From positions 4,712,001-4,776,000 of the forward strand of contig CP158635.1 of NCBI GenBank assembly GCA_050273025.1: a stretch of 64,000 nucleotides of DNA, given 5' to 3'. Below, one piece after another: positions 12,525 to 26,600 of the stretch. Within the stretch, counting starts at the first letter, position 1. Every line of letters begins with the position of its first letter. The notes under the pieces are model-generated. The model searched no databases and was not told where the DNA came from. It saw only the letters and a list, made by a program, of their open reading frames with translations. The position numbers were made by a program, and so were the translations under genes. The stretch comes from Cenococcum geophilum (lineage: Eukaryota).

Positions 12525-15500
12525 TGTTGGGAATGAGGCAAGTTGCCGTCACGTGATGGCAAGTTGCCATCACGTGTCGCCGCGGCACTAGCGTGGCAAG
12601 GAGCCTTAAGTTCCTCACCCTTCCTTATTCCATTTAAATAAGCTTTATTAACTAATATTACTATAACCCTACTTAAGTAATCATTATTAGTAAGTTACCC
12701 TATATAACTAATACTAATTAGTGGTTAAATACACAGTTAACTATAGAGCAGCTAGGTTTTTAAATAGAAGAGATAGTCTTATATAGGGGTGCTATATGCG
12801 CTTATATAGAATGGATTCCGGCGATACTATACTACCTTAGACTTACGGAAAACTAGTAATAGAAGTATTACTAAGTACTAGGAGATACTAAGTTACGTCC
12901 ATTACGCAGAACAACCGCGTTTACGAAGATTTAGTTAAGTACTTTAGGTTAAAAGTGTTACTAAACCTAGGGTCCTAAGTTAACGTCTAAAACGCGTTAA
13001 ACGACGTCCAAAACGCGTTAAACAACATCTTAAATTGCCTACCTCTTAACAGTAAACCTACGAGATCCTATAAAACCAAAAAATCCTACCTACCTTTAAC
13101 GTATAACACCCCATTAATTCTATACCTACTATAGCATTAACTTACCCAAAGAAGTATAAGGAAGATATTAACCCAAAGATATAGAATAAAGCTATAATTA
13201 ACCTTACAAACGCTAATAAACAAGACTTAAATAGATTTTTATTATACCGTATGGCATATTATAAGGATAGTAAATATAATAATACCGCGCTATAGGAATA
13301 TATAAAGGAGGACTTTGTTAGATAAACAAAGGAAATATAGGCCCCCGTAAATAAGGATATTATATAAAACTTCTATAACTTCCTTTAGGAGAATAAAGTA
13401 TTTATCCCTAAGGACGGGGGTACTATTAGAGATAATATTTAGGAGCAGGTTATTAACGTAAAAGAAGAGCACAAATAGACTCTATAAGAGATTAAGCACT
13501 AACTACACACTATAAGAAAGCTCAACTTATAATAGAATTCAAGTAATATACCATAAAAGACGCGTTCTAATTCCATTACTCTAGGCACAAGTTCTTCCAT
13601 TCTATATCCATCGCCTCTACCTCTATCTTTAGTTCCCTAGAATCCACTAATTTAACCCATAACTTTAACTACTATCTCTTAACACGAGCAAGTATAAAAT
13701 CCTATTACTTCGCGATCTAATGACCTTCGGACTCCACCGACTAGACCTATATCCCTACTACAGCCTACAATATAACTCCTACCTCCTCTATCTTAATCTT
13801 AAATTAGAGGTAGTTTAAAATTACTTATAAAGCTTACAAAGCTCTACTCAGATTAGGAAAAGAAGTTTAGTGGGGAATTATATAATATTCTCAATTTAAA
13901 ACTACGTATCTTCTACAACTATTATTAAAAGGTGGGAATAGAGTCTAATTAATACCATAACGCCTATTCCGTTATACTTAAGGGCCAAGCTAGTACCTTC
14001 TATTATAATCGTTTAGCAGGAAAAGAATATAATTTTAACCGCATAATATATAAGTTAAGATACCACTTTAAAATAGAAGAGAATAAGTAGTAGTATATAT
14101 CAGAATAGAGAGAGACTACCTTTCTAAGGATTATTGCTATAAACCTAGGTATCCCTCGGCTTAATTATCTTTAAAAGCTCTTTAATTAACTTTAAATAAT
14201 TTAGCATAGTTTATCCAAATTATATTAAGAGGACTTTAGCCTATATAATTAAGTTATTAGCGTATACTAAGGTATTAAAGAATATAACCTTACTCTCTTT
14301 AATCCTGTAAATACTTACAAAGGAGTATATACTTAATTAAGATCTTCTATTAGCACCGCTCTACGCTCTTAAGAAATACAGTAATTTAACGCCTAACTCT
14401 AACCTACTTTAATTAACCCGCCCAACTAATATAATTATAACTAGACTAATTAAATATATAGTGGCCGGGGTAAGCAATATAGTAAAGGGTATAATTAACA
14501 ACTATAAGGTAAAGGTGGAGGTCCTTATAGAGGTTTATTTTAAAGTAATCGCTAGAAAAAGTACTACGTTTATAAGAAACCAAATTACTAGTTAACTAGG
14601 CATTCTCTTAATAAGCAAAAGGAGGCATATAATAAGTTTCGCCAAAGTATAAGAAACGTTAGAAATTATAAGGCTACTATAGCTTACTTCTAAAGCTTCC
14701 TAGTTTAATATAAAGGCGTAGAAGATCTTAAGGGTAAGGTTAATAAGGCTAAACAGCTCCTTATAGATATGGAAATTAAGGAGTACTTACCCAACTAATA
14801 CTTTACTAAGTATAATAAGGTAGATAGTATACAAACCGTCACTATTCTTAATAACTAATCTACGCTCCACTCTATTACAAAGTTAGATATCTTTAACAAG
14901 CTATAGAAAAGTTCCACGTTCTCCTTTAATAATAAATACTTAGCAAACATCTTCTATAATATTATGCCAGATATTAGAGCCGCAGGAGTCTCTATAGTAG
15001 AAGAACCTTAAGTTTAAGCCCTTTAGCAGCTTAATAGCTCTGTTTAGATTAACCATTTAACGGTAGGCCAATACATGATTTGTTTTAGCAAGGGTACTGC
15101 AATCTCTCTTAGCACAATTAGGGTCCAAACCCCCTTAGGGTGCATTACTTTCCACATTATTCCTATAAATACCCTATTTCTATTTTACATTAGAGATATA
15201 GACAAATTAGGTATTAAGCTTAATAACCTTAAAAATATACTTATTTAGGAAGATAATCGGGTACCCGTTATACGCAAGTAGGGTTACCCCTAGTTACTCC
15301 TTTATTAACTAGAAAAGAGTGTTACTTAGAGCCACTTAACTAAGTCAGAGTTACGTTAACTATACCATCGCTTTAGCCACCTATCTATTTACTAACTGCT
15401 TAGGGTCCTTTAGCAAGTAGGCTATAAAGTTAAGGTTAAGGCGATTAAGTATCTTATAAAGTACTACTATTACTACTAAATAAACCAGAACTTCCCTAGC

Positions 15501-18500
15501 CGATTTAAGTTTAGCCTTAAAGATAACTACAACTTTAACTTCTGTATTATTATTAACGTTATATACCTTAGCGGCAAGCCAGTACTCTAAGTTATTAACT
15601 TCTTAACCTCCTTCTAAGCCGCACGTTTTTTAAAGGATATATCAGCTAAAAACGCATAGGATACCCTATAATTATACTAGATTAATATCTACCTAGGACC
15701 CCCTAATTAAATTATCCATAATATAGAAAAGAACTTCTTATCTATAGAGTTCTAATAATAAATAAAGGCAATGGCAATTAAGGTTAAGGAAGTCCCTATT
15801 AAGGCACATAATAGTATTAAAAAAGTAGAACAATACCACGCGCTATTACGCCGCGTATATAAGATCATCTCTTTAGAACTAGAGGATACTAGTAAAGAAC
15901 TTACCTTGCAAATGGCTATTAAAGCTATTAATAATTCCGCTAGCCCAGATAGACTCGTACCTACATTACTAGTCTTTAGCGCCTACCCTTAAATAACTAA
16001 CGATTCTCTACTATCTCCCTCTATTGTGTAATAAGCTAAGGCTATTCATAAGGCAATAAAGGAGGTATAACGTCTCTACGCTATATGCTAGGTTAACAAT
16101 ATATTAGAAATAAGAAATAGCCTAAACACCTTAACTACGCTTAATCTGCCATTTTAGTCTAAGGTACGCGTATAGCGTAAAAAGGGAGGATAGTTAGGCC
16201 TACATTAACTTATTATAATTAATAGTTAAACTTATACTATTTAGATGCCTTACAGACCCACTTAATTCCGTTTAACTATTATTAAGCCTTACTATAAAGA
16301 TAACAGTTCTAAGCCTTTGCAGGATACTATAAAAGATATCTTAGAGGAAAGCCACAATTAATATACTCTAGAAGGCGACCACAATCCTAATATAATTATA
16401 GTAGATACGCCGCAACCATAACGCGGTAGAGGTCGCCTAAAGGGATTACAAAATTACTAATATCTTATTAATTTTAAAGAGCAATTTATTGCCGCCATTG
16501 AGAATAGAGTTAAGCTATTAATGGCCTTTATAACAGCTAAGGAGAAGGCTAACTTTAAACTCGCAAAATAGCTCTAAAAAGAAGGTTGTATTATAACTCC
16601 AGGAGCTCCTTTCTAAGCATCTAATAAGTAAAAGATTGATAGTCTTATTGCAAGAGGAGTCTTTAAGTTTAAGAAGTATAACCCTACTAAGTTTAATAAA
16701 GTTCGCATCTTTAAGTTAAGAATAGTTAACGAGATTAAAGGCAAAGCTACTAACGCCCTATTTAAGAAATTAAGGCTTATTATCTAAGGCTATAACAATA
16801 ATAGTAAGGAGGTAATTCTTATATAATCTCCTATAATTTAACGAGCCAGTTAGCAAGTTATTATTATACTAGCTCCCTCCCTAATAAAGAATAGAATGGT
16901 AGTTTATCTATAAGATATTACTTAGGCCTACACCTAATTAGAGATGTACCTTTAGCGCTTAATATTAGCATACCTCCTAGAGTAAATTCGCCACCAATAC
17001 TCTAAAGATATAATTATAGTTATGCTTAAGCCATTATATAGAATTACAGAGGCAGGAACTTACTAGTAGGCTACCTACAGCAAGCACTATAAAGAGAAGC
17101 TTTTAATAACTACTTCTATATTTAATCTATACTTCCTTATTATAACTACAGGAACTCTATTTAGAATTGTCGGCATATAAACTAATAATATAATTATCTT
17201 AGGAGACGACCAATTCTTAGCTCTTAAAGAGGACGAGCTAGTAAAGGTAAATCTTATAGCAAAGCTAAAGGAAAAGCTTAATTTAACAACACTATTACTC
17301 TTTAATAGATATATCCTCTCCCTAAACAAGGATTCTATTGCTTTATGCCAGAAGGGTTAAGGTAAAAAAATTAACGTTATTAACATTAATTCTCCAAAAC
17401 AAGGATATATAGAGCAACGCGCTTGTAGAGCTTATATCGCTTCTATCTATTAACCTAAGGCTTTATTTAATCTCTTTATTACCGCTTAACACTAGGAACT
17501 AACTAAGGATAACGTTCTTGCCCTAAATAAGCGTCTTTTCTAGTAAATAAACCATCTTAATCGGGGACTACTCTACATGCCTATTAATCTTCCCACCGCT
17601 AAGCTCTTTATATTTGTTAATAGATTATTTATAAATAATAAAGATTTTAGCTCCTAGCTAGGATATAAGATTATTATTACAAACGAATCTACTAGAGAGA
17701 ATAACTTTATAATCTATAGCAATCTTATCTATTAGAGCTTAACCAAGAGTAAACGCGTTACTTAAAGCGTTCTAGCGTTAGAGATATATAAAATAGTTGG
17801 CGGAGTTAATATAGTAATTGCAATTGGAACTACCCTAAAGATAATTATAGATTGACTCGAACTTTCTATTATCCCTATAATTATATACACCAACTTATAT
17901 TCCCTCTATAAGTATTTAGTTAAGCTCGATACCACAAAGAAAAAGCGCCTTATAATTAATATTATAGCACTTTAATAATCCTATAAGCGTTAAAAACTCT
18001 TTAAGATTTAATAGATTAATAGCTAAGATAACCTAGCAGATATAATAACGAAGGCGAACCCAAATAAGGCACTAGAGACGTTTGTTAATATAAATACTCT
18101 ATATATACGAGTTAAAGGTTAGGTTAAAAGGGAGTCCCTAGAAATTTCTTAGTTATATAAGGTCTTAAGATATCTAGGAACTTTAACCGCCGGTTAAAGT
18201 TATCTAATTAGCCAGATTCTATAGACCCTAACTTTAACCAGCTAATTAGGATTTTCCATCCCCGGGATAGAAAATCGCTATTAGCTTGCTTACTACTAGC
18301 GCCTTAGCGGCCCTCCGAATAAGATGCCTACCTATAACTCCTAAGTAAGAGAGCTACGTGCTAAGAGGCAAATTTTAGGATAGCGAGACTTATATTATAA
18401 TGGCAATAGTAAGTAAGGAGGATTTATATTTGTTATAATAGTTAAGCAGTATTTATATATAGATGGCAACTATAAAAGAAGAGTTGCTAGTATTGGGAAT

Positions 18501-18699
18501 GAGGCAAGTTACCGTCATGTACGGTAAACTGCCGTCACGTGATAGCAAGTTGCCATCACGTATTGCCGCGGCACTAGCGTGGCGAGGAGCCTTAAGTTCC
18601 TCGCCCTTCCTTATTCCATTCAAATAAGCTTTATTAACCAACATCACTATAACCCTACTCGAGTAGTCGTTATTGGTGAGTCACCCTGTATGACCAACA
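12525..18699 (+). mobile_element. Ty1/Copia LTR retrotransposon A2 (full-length, same family as A1), inserted into A1 in the same orientation
   Basis: LTRs 12525-12713 and 18491-18699. TSD ATATT (12520-12524, 18700-18704). A1 resumes at 18705 with the sequence that follows the equivalent site in A2 (~15190). Gag-PR-IN-RT-RH order; AT-hook-like RGRGR(P)KG at ~16420-16445. Confidence 0.94.
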
Positions 18700-21600
18700 A
18701 TATTAGAGATATAGATAAATTAGGCATTAAGCTTAATAACCTTAAGGATATACTTACTTAGGGAAATAATTAGATACCCGTTATATATAAGTAGAGTTAC
18801 CCCTAGTTGCTCCTTTATTAACTAGAAAAGATTATTACTTAAAGCTACTTAACTAAGTTAGAGTTACGCCAACTATACCGTTGTTTTAGCCACCTATCCA
18901 TTTACTAATTACTTAGGGTTCTTTAATAAGTAGGCTATAAAGTTAAGGTTAAGGCGATTAAGTACCTTATAAAGTACTACTATTACTACTAAATAAACTA
19001 GAAGTCCCTTAGCCGATTTAAGTTTACCCTTAAAGATAACTATAACTTTAACTTCTATATTATTATAGATATTATATATCTTAGCAGCGAGCCGGTACTC
19101 TAAGTTATTAACTTTTTAACCTTCTTCTAAGCCGCGCGCTTCTTAAAGGATATATTAGCTAGGAATGTATAGGATATCCTTTAATTATACTAGATTAATA
19201 TCTACCTAGGACCTCCTAATTAAATTATCTATAATATAGGAAAGAACTTCTTATCTATAGAGTTTTAATAATAGATAATGGTAATAGTAATTAAGGTTAA
19301 GAAAGTCCCTATTAAGGTATATAATAGTATTAAAAAAGTAGAGCGATATTACACGCTATTACGCCGCGTATATAAGATTATCTCTTTAAAACTAGAGGAC
19401 GCTAGTAAAGAACTTACCTTATAAATAGCTATTAAAGCTATTAATAATTCCACTAGCCTAGATAGACTTATACCTATATTACTAGTCTTTAGCGCCTACC
19501 CTTAAATAACTAATAATTCTTTACTATCTCCCTCTATTATATAATAAGCTAAGGCTATTTATAAGGCAATAAAGGAGGTATAGCATCTCTATGCTATACG
19601 CTAGGTTAATAATATACTAGGAATAAGAAATAGCCTAAATACCTTAACTACGCTTAATCTACTATTCTAGTCTAAGGTACGCATATAGTATAAAAAGGGA
19701 GGGTAGTTAGGCCTATATTAACTTATTATAATTAATAGTAAAACTTATACTATTTAGATACCTTATAGACCTACTTAATTCTATTTAACTATTATTAAGC
19801 CTTACTATAAAGATAATAGTTTTAAGCCTTTATAGGATACCCTAAAGGATGCCCTAAAGGAGAACTATAATTAACGTACTCTAGAAGGTAACTATAATTC
19901 TAATATAGTTATAGTAGATATACCGTAACTATAACGCGGTAGAGGTCGCCTAAAAGGATTACAAAATTGCTAATATCTTATTAATTTTAAAGAGTAATTT
20001 ATTACCACTATTAAGAATAGAGTTAAGTTATTAATAGCCTTTATAATAGCTAAGGAAAAGGCTAACTTTAAGCTTATAAAATAGCTCTAAAAGGAAGGTT
20101 ATATTATAACTCTAAAAGCTCCTTTCTAAGTATCTAATAAGTAGAAGATTAATAGTCTTATTATAAGAGAAGTCTTTAAATTTAAGAAATATAACCGTAC
20201 TAAGTTTAATAATATTTATATCTTTAAGTTAAGAATAGTTAATAAGATTAATAGTAAAGCTACTAACGCCCTATTTAAGAAATTAAGGCTTATTATCTAA
20301 GGTTATAATAATAATAATAATAAGGTAATTCTTACGCAATCTCCTATAATTTAACGAGCTAGTTAGTGAGTTATTATTATACTAGCTCCCTCCTTAATAA
20401 AGAATGGAATAATAGTTTATTTATAAGATATTACTTAGGCCTATACCTAATTAGAGATATATCTTTAGCGCTTAATATTAGTATACCTTCTAGAGTAAAT
20501 TCGCCACTAATACCCCAAAGATATAATTATATTTATACTTAAGCTATTATATAGAATTGCAGAGCCAGGAACTTATTAGTGGACTACTTATAGCAAGCAC
20601 TATAAAGAGAAGCTTTTAATAACTACTTCTATATTTAATCCCTACTTCCTTATTATAACTATAGGAACTCTATTTAAAATTATTAGTATATAAATTAATA
20701 ATATAATTATCTTAGGAGATAACTAATTTTTAGCTTTTAAAGAAGATAAGCTAGTAAAAGTAAATCTTATAGTAAAACTAAAGGAAAAGCTTAATTTAAT
20801 AATACTATTACTTTTTAATAAATATATCCTCTTCCTAAATAAGGATTCTATTACTTTATACTAGAAGGGTTAAGGTAAAAAGATTAATATTATTAATATT
20901 AATTTTCTAAAGTAAGGATATATAGAGTAACGCGCTTATAGAGCTTATATTACTTCTATCTATTAACCTAAGGCTTTATTTAATCTCTCTATTACTACCT
21001 AATACTAGGAACTAACTAAGGATAATATTCTTACCCTAAATAAACGTCTTTTCTAGTAAATAAACTATCTTAATTAGGGACTACTCTATATACCTATTAA
21101 TCTTCCTACCGCTAAGCTCTTTATATTTATTAATAGATTATTTATAAATAATAAAGACTTTAGCTCCTAGTTAGGATATAAGATCTTTATCGCAAACAAA
21201 TCTACTAGAGAGAATAACTTTATAATCTATAGTAATCTTATCTATTAGAGCTTAACCAAGAGTAAGCGTATTACTTAAAGCGTTTTAGCGTTAGAGATAT
21301 ATAGAATAGTTAGCGGGGTCGATATAGCAATTGCAATTAGAACTACCCTAAAGATAATTATAGATCAACTTAAACTTCCCGTTATCCCTATAATTATATA
21401 TACTAACTTATATTCCCTCTATAAGTATTTAGTTAAGCTTAGTACTATAAAGGAGAAGCGCCTTATAATTAATATTATAACCCTTTATTAATCCTATAAA
21501 CAGTAATAACTCTTTAAGATTTAATAGATTAACGACTAAGATAACCTAGTAGATATAATAATAAAGGCAAACCTAAATAAGGCTCTAGAAATGTTTATTA

Positions 21601-22952
21601 ATATAAACACTTTATATATATAAGTTAAAGGTTAGGTTTAAAGGGAGTAAGAGTATAATATTCTATAAACCCTAATTTTAACTAGCTAATTAGGATTTTC
21701 TATCCCTAGGATAGAAAATCGCTATTAGCTTACTTATAGCTAGCGCCTTAGCGGCCCTAATATAATATCTACCCATAACTCCTAAGTAAGAAAGTACTAC
21801 GTACTAAGAGGTAAATTTTAAGACAGCAAGACTTATATTATAATGGCAATAGTAAGTAAGAAGGGTCTATATTTATTACGCTAGTTAAGTAGTATTTATA
21901 TATAGATAGCAGCTATAAAAGAAGAGTTGCTAGTGTTGGGAATAAGGCAAGCGATCGTCACGTGCCGCCGCGGCGCTAGCGTGGCGAGGAGCCTTAGGCT
22001 CCTCGCCCTTCCTTATTCCAATTAATAAGCTTTATTAACTAATATTACTATAACCTACTTAAGTAGTTGTTATTGGTAAGTTACCCTATATAACTAATAA
22101 TAGGTCTTCTATAGTTATATAGATCAGCCTAAAGCCTTAAAGTCTTTAATAACTTAGCCAGGGCCAATAGGCACATAGTTTTCCTTTAATACACTCTTTT
22201 CTTCTCTTTTTACCAACTATACTATAACTTCCTATCTACAAGAGCTTATACCCTTCTATATATTTTATAGTATTTTATATAGAGATAATGGCAAGCTCTT
22301 TAAATTAGAAGTCTAGTGCTCTATATATAGGAGACGTATAGAAACGATCTAGAACTATAAAAGAACCAATAAATAGAGGGACGTGTAAAAAGGGAGGCAA
22401 AAAGTATAGATATATTAGTAACCGGTATATAGCTACCGCTATAGAAATAAACTAATAATATCTACCAAGTTCTCTATATGGGAACAGTAGTCGGCAAACA
22501 GCTATAAAAAGGCAAGTACGTAGTATAGTAAGATGGAGGATAAAAGGAAGGACTATAGGACATTAGAAACGGTATAGAAAAGTCTTTTATTTTTTATTTA
22601 CTATATTTATAATAGTTTATATAATTATACTCGCATATATAGGAGCTAGCTTTAAATTTATAGAAATAATAGCAATAGAACTAGTAAAGGGATTATTAGA
22701 GATGTTAGGCCTATTCTATAATAATAGTAAAGGCGCTAAAAAGGAAGAGGAGAGTAAGCAGCCTATTAAACCGCAAAGCTCTCCTAAACTAGGGGATATA
22801 ATACTAACTTTAACTTTCGTAGCGTTAGGGACTAACGACCCTTATTATATAGAGGATAAAGGTTATAAGGTCTATCTACCTATTTATTAAAAAAAACTGC
22901 AAGTTTATTATCTTCTAATAGATTATTAATAGCATAAGATAAGGTATATATT

Positions 22953-23100
22953 ATAGCCTAGCCAATACCCGCTCTAGGAACCTCTAGAACTCCTTACTTT
23001 ATAGGATAAAACGTATTACAATTTATTAAATAATATAAGCAACTATATATCTAATTCTATATTATAGGCAAGGTCCTTAAAATCAGACTCTATACTTATA
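22953..23100 (+). pseudogene. Gag N-terminus relic of another LTR retrotransposon (G0), probably the substrate into which A1 inserted
   Basis: RIP-reverted reading resembles PMPAPGTPGTPYFxGQNVSQFIEQYEQLC, a PGxPGxPxFxGxNVxxF gag start seen in fungal Gypsy-like elements; interrupted at 23124. Confidence 0.5.
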
Positions 23101-23123
23101 CGTGGTAAGGCCTATAAACCTAC

Positions 23124-23641
23124 TATTACAGATGCTATAAGTACGATGTTACGACTACTAGGAGAGGAGTTAGAAGCAGCTAGTTTATAAATGGAAGCAC
23201 GGTCTAGGATGGAGCCGGTAGAACTATATAACGAGGAATGGTAACCAAGGTCATATAATAAGCTCTATAAGCTCTATAAGATCTATAAGGTCTATTATAT
23301 ACCTTATATAGCGAAGGGATTTCTTAGGCATATAGATGTGTATTTAAGAAGGACTATAGTCCCTACCTTTATAGTTCTCTCTTTATAGTAAATCTTAGAA
23401 TATAATTAGAGTTAATCTATTAGGCAACTTACTCTACTATTACTATTATTAATTATTTACTCCTCTTACCTATATACCTAGCCCATTAATAAGCCTACCG
23501 TAGTATTTCCTATAAGGCTTTATTATATATTTACTACTACGGTTATAGTATATAAGGAATAATAAGTTAATATAATACTACTTAAAGTACTAGTTATAAC
23601 GCTATCTACGGCAGTAATAACCTTAGGTAATGGAGACACTA
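23124..23641 (+). mobile_element. 5' LTR (23124-~23527) and gag start of a G3-related Gypsy (G4), truncated by G2 insertion
   Basis: Colinear similarity to the G3 LTR (shared AAGCACGGTCTAGGAT and AACGAGGAATGGTAACCAAGGTCATA) and to the G3 leader and gag start. Confidence 0.85.
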
Positions 23642-26600
23642 TGTTACGGCGCTGGTAGAAAATGTGGATTATGGTGGATATAGTTACGTAAGCTTACGTG
23701 ACCCGAGGATCGCATAAGACGCCAAATAACGCTACTATTCTTCTCCTTTCCTTTCTCTAGCTTTAGATTCTCGTTTATAGATAATCTAATCGTATAGGCT
23801 TGCGCGACCCTTTTGCCGTACTTATATCTTAATTAACTAAGTCGCTAATATTATCTAAAGCTTAAACCACCCTTTCTTCCTAAGAGGGAACTTAAATATA
23901 TCTATAGGACCACGAATAGGACCCTAAGGATATTACTAGAACTATAAGGACAGAACCTAAAGGAAAGAATAAAATCCTAAGGAAAAGACCTATAAGACAC
24001 GCACAGACCAGAACCCCTAAAGAAATTACCTGGAATTACCTAATACCCCTACTACTATACTACGAAATATAGTAGTAGGCAAAGCCGCTATAGGACCTGT
24101 AAACGCCTTAGATAAAGAAATAATTAATGTTTTAACCCCCTAGGCGGAGCTCGCTGTAACTAATACTAAAATTAAACGGCTATAAAAACTGCTTGAAACT
24201 AGAGACACCTCTATATCTAGCGATAACCCAGTAAATAGACTTGCTACGGTCCTTAAGGCCCTAGCCTAATATACAGTATTAGTACTATCGCGGTCCGCGA
24301 AAGTTATAGATCCCCTATTGCTTATAGATAGAGCCAACCCTATATTTAATAATTAGAAGCTTTAATTATAAGATAAGCTTAAAGTTAATATAGACTACTT
24401 CCCTACTACTTAAGCTAAAATGGCCTACGTCTTCGGCCGTACCGGCGGAGACGTATAGACGTATCTACGTCCGCAATACGCCCAGGACTTAGTAGAACCC
24501 TTCCTCTCTAAGGAAGAAATAATTAACTACCTATCTTCTATCTATAAGGACCCTTTTAGGGTATAGAACGCCCGCTTTAGCTATAAAAGTCTAAATATAA
24601 AAATAATAGACACCTTTTTGGCCTTCTAGACCCGCTTTTTATACCTAGCCGGATAAGCCTAGATTCCCTAGGAAGACCTACTTCTAGACCTCTTTAATAA
24701 GCTAACCCTAGACCTATAACAGGCCGTACTACTAGCGTTTACTACCATATAGACATTAAAAGAACTTACGGACTACTGCCTAGCTATTAATTAAGGCCTC
24801 TATTAAATTAAGATATAAGCTAAACAGATAAGGGCTAGGAATCCCTTAAATTAAGCTATAAGTAATATAAGAACGGCCCGTAACGCCCTAGTATAACCTA
24901 TAACGCCTACCGCACCAGCTATACAACCAGCAGCTAGCCGTATAGCTACCCCTGCCGTAGGCCTAGTATACACCCAGCCTATATATAGCGACCCCTATTT
25001 ATAGGCCCTTAGTAATTAAGGAGCTTACTTCTTATACGGTTAAAAAGGCTACCCTATAAGGAACTGTCCAATAAAGGTAAAAGCGGATAAGGTTTTATTA
25101 ATCTAGGAGGATAATATAGAGTTAGAAAAAGAGGAACCCTAGAGAAAGACTCCTCTCTAGGGTTAAAAGGGATTAATATGTTATATGTTAATTTGGGTCA
25201 GCTAGTTAGTAGAAGAAGCTGTACTATCCCTTATACTTTATTCCGTAATAGATATTAAGTTTTAACCTCTACCTTGGCTAACTCTAGAGTAAATGCCTTT
25301 ACCCTAATTAACACCTAATATGCCGTAAAGCTAGCTGACTTTCTTAACGCACCTATAGAAGACCTGCCTAAGTAAATTCCTATTCGCGGGTATAAGGGAT
25401 AGGTAGGGCAACCTATTATAAGTATTTTGCGAATATACCTTTGCGTTAATAGGCGAAGGCAGTATAATATCCCCTTCCTAATTACGGACCTTAGAAGCTA
25501 TAATATAATCTTAGAGAGGAAATAGCTAGCCTATTTAGGCTTATAGCTTAATATATAAAGTAGATAGCTTATCTAGCCTAAAACCCTACCTCTAACCCCT
25601 TCTTTTATAAAAGAAATCAGCATTATAATAGAAAACCTTGTATAACCCTAGATTAATACCATTTACTAGGCAGACGCTATATATAGGGACTAGGCCTTTA
25701 AGAAGGATATATAGCTTAATCCGCAATAGATCCGTATACTACGCTGCCTATAGGTTACCTATGTTATACCTCCTATAGCTAAGGTATAGGAAGTTAAAGT
25801 ATAGGAGGTTAGTAAAGAGCTAGTTAAACTCCCTATAAGAAACTAAGCTACTATACGACTATAGGGACCTATAAGGAACCTTAGACGTTATATAGAACTT
25901 ATAGACTAAAAGGAGAGCTTATAAAAAATGGAATATAAGCTAAGGAAGACTATAAACCCTATACCGCAAAATACGGCCTAATAAAAGTCCGTAAAGAAAC
26001 CTACGGACCTCCTATTAGTCGATATCTGCTATATTAGCGCTATAGGATTCTACTAGAACTTAGTCTAACCTAATACCATTACCTTTACTACTAGCTTATA
26101 TGAAATTAATTAAATAATTAAGGAAAAGGAAAGTAAGCTTATAGATAAGGAACTAGTAGAAAGGAAACTACCTTATTAGTACTAAGAGTTTAAGGATATA
26201 TTCTCTAAGGCAGTATCTAATATACTTCTACCTTACTAACCATATAACTATAAGATTAAGATTAAGCCAGATAAGGAAAATAACCTTAGCTATACCCCCC
26301 TCCGTAAATAGTCTATTGCCGAACTATAGGCTACTAAGTAGTACCTTATTAATAACCTAGTAAAGGGGTTTATTAAGCCTAGCCAGGCCCCTTTTACCTC
26401 CCCTATTCTCTTTATAAAAAAGCTAAATAGAGGACTTCGCTTCTATATTAACTACTATAAGCTTAATAATATAACCCGTAAAGACTATTATCCGCTACCC
26501 CTACTTAATAAGACACTGGCCTAAATGAATAGAGCTAAGATATTTATAAAGCTTGATATCCGTTAGGCTTTCTACTAAATTAGAATAGACCCTAGATCTA

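Larger units (their letters stand above)
3609..22099 (+). mobile_element. Ty1/Copia LTR retrotransposon A1 (complete, RIP-inactivated), interrupted by G1 (4161-10419) and A2 (12525-18699)
   Basis: 166-bp LTRs at 3609-3774 and 21934-22099, both the same short variant. TSD ACAGG (3604-3608) / ATAGG (22100-22104). Order is gag, protease (DT[G]AA ~12303), integrase (~18860-19500), RT (~20200-20700), RNase H (~21550), which is the Copia order. Confidence 0.92.
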
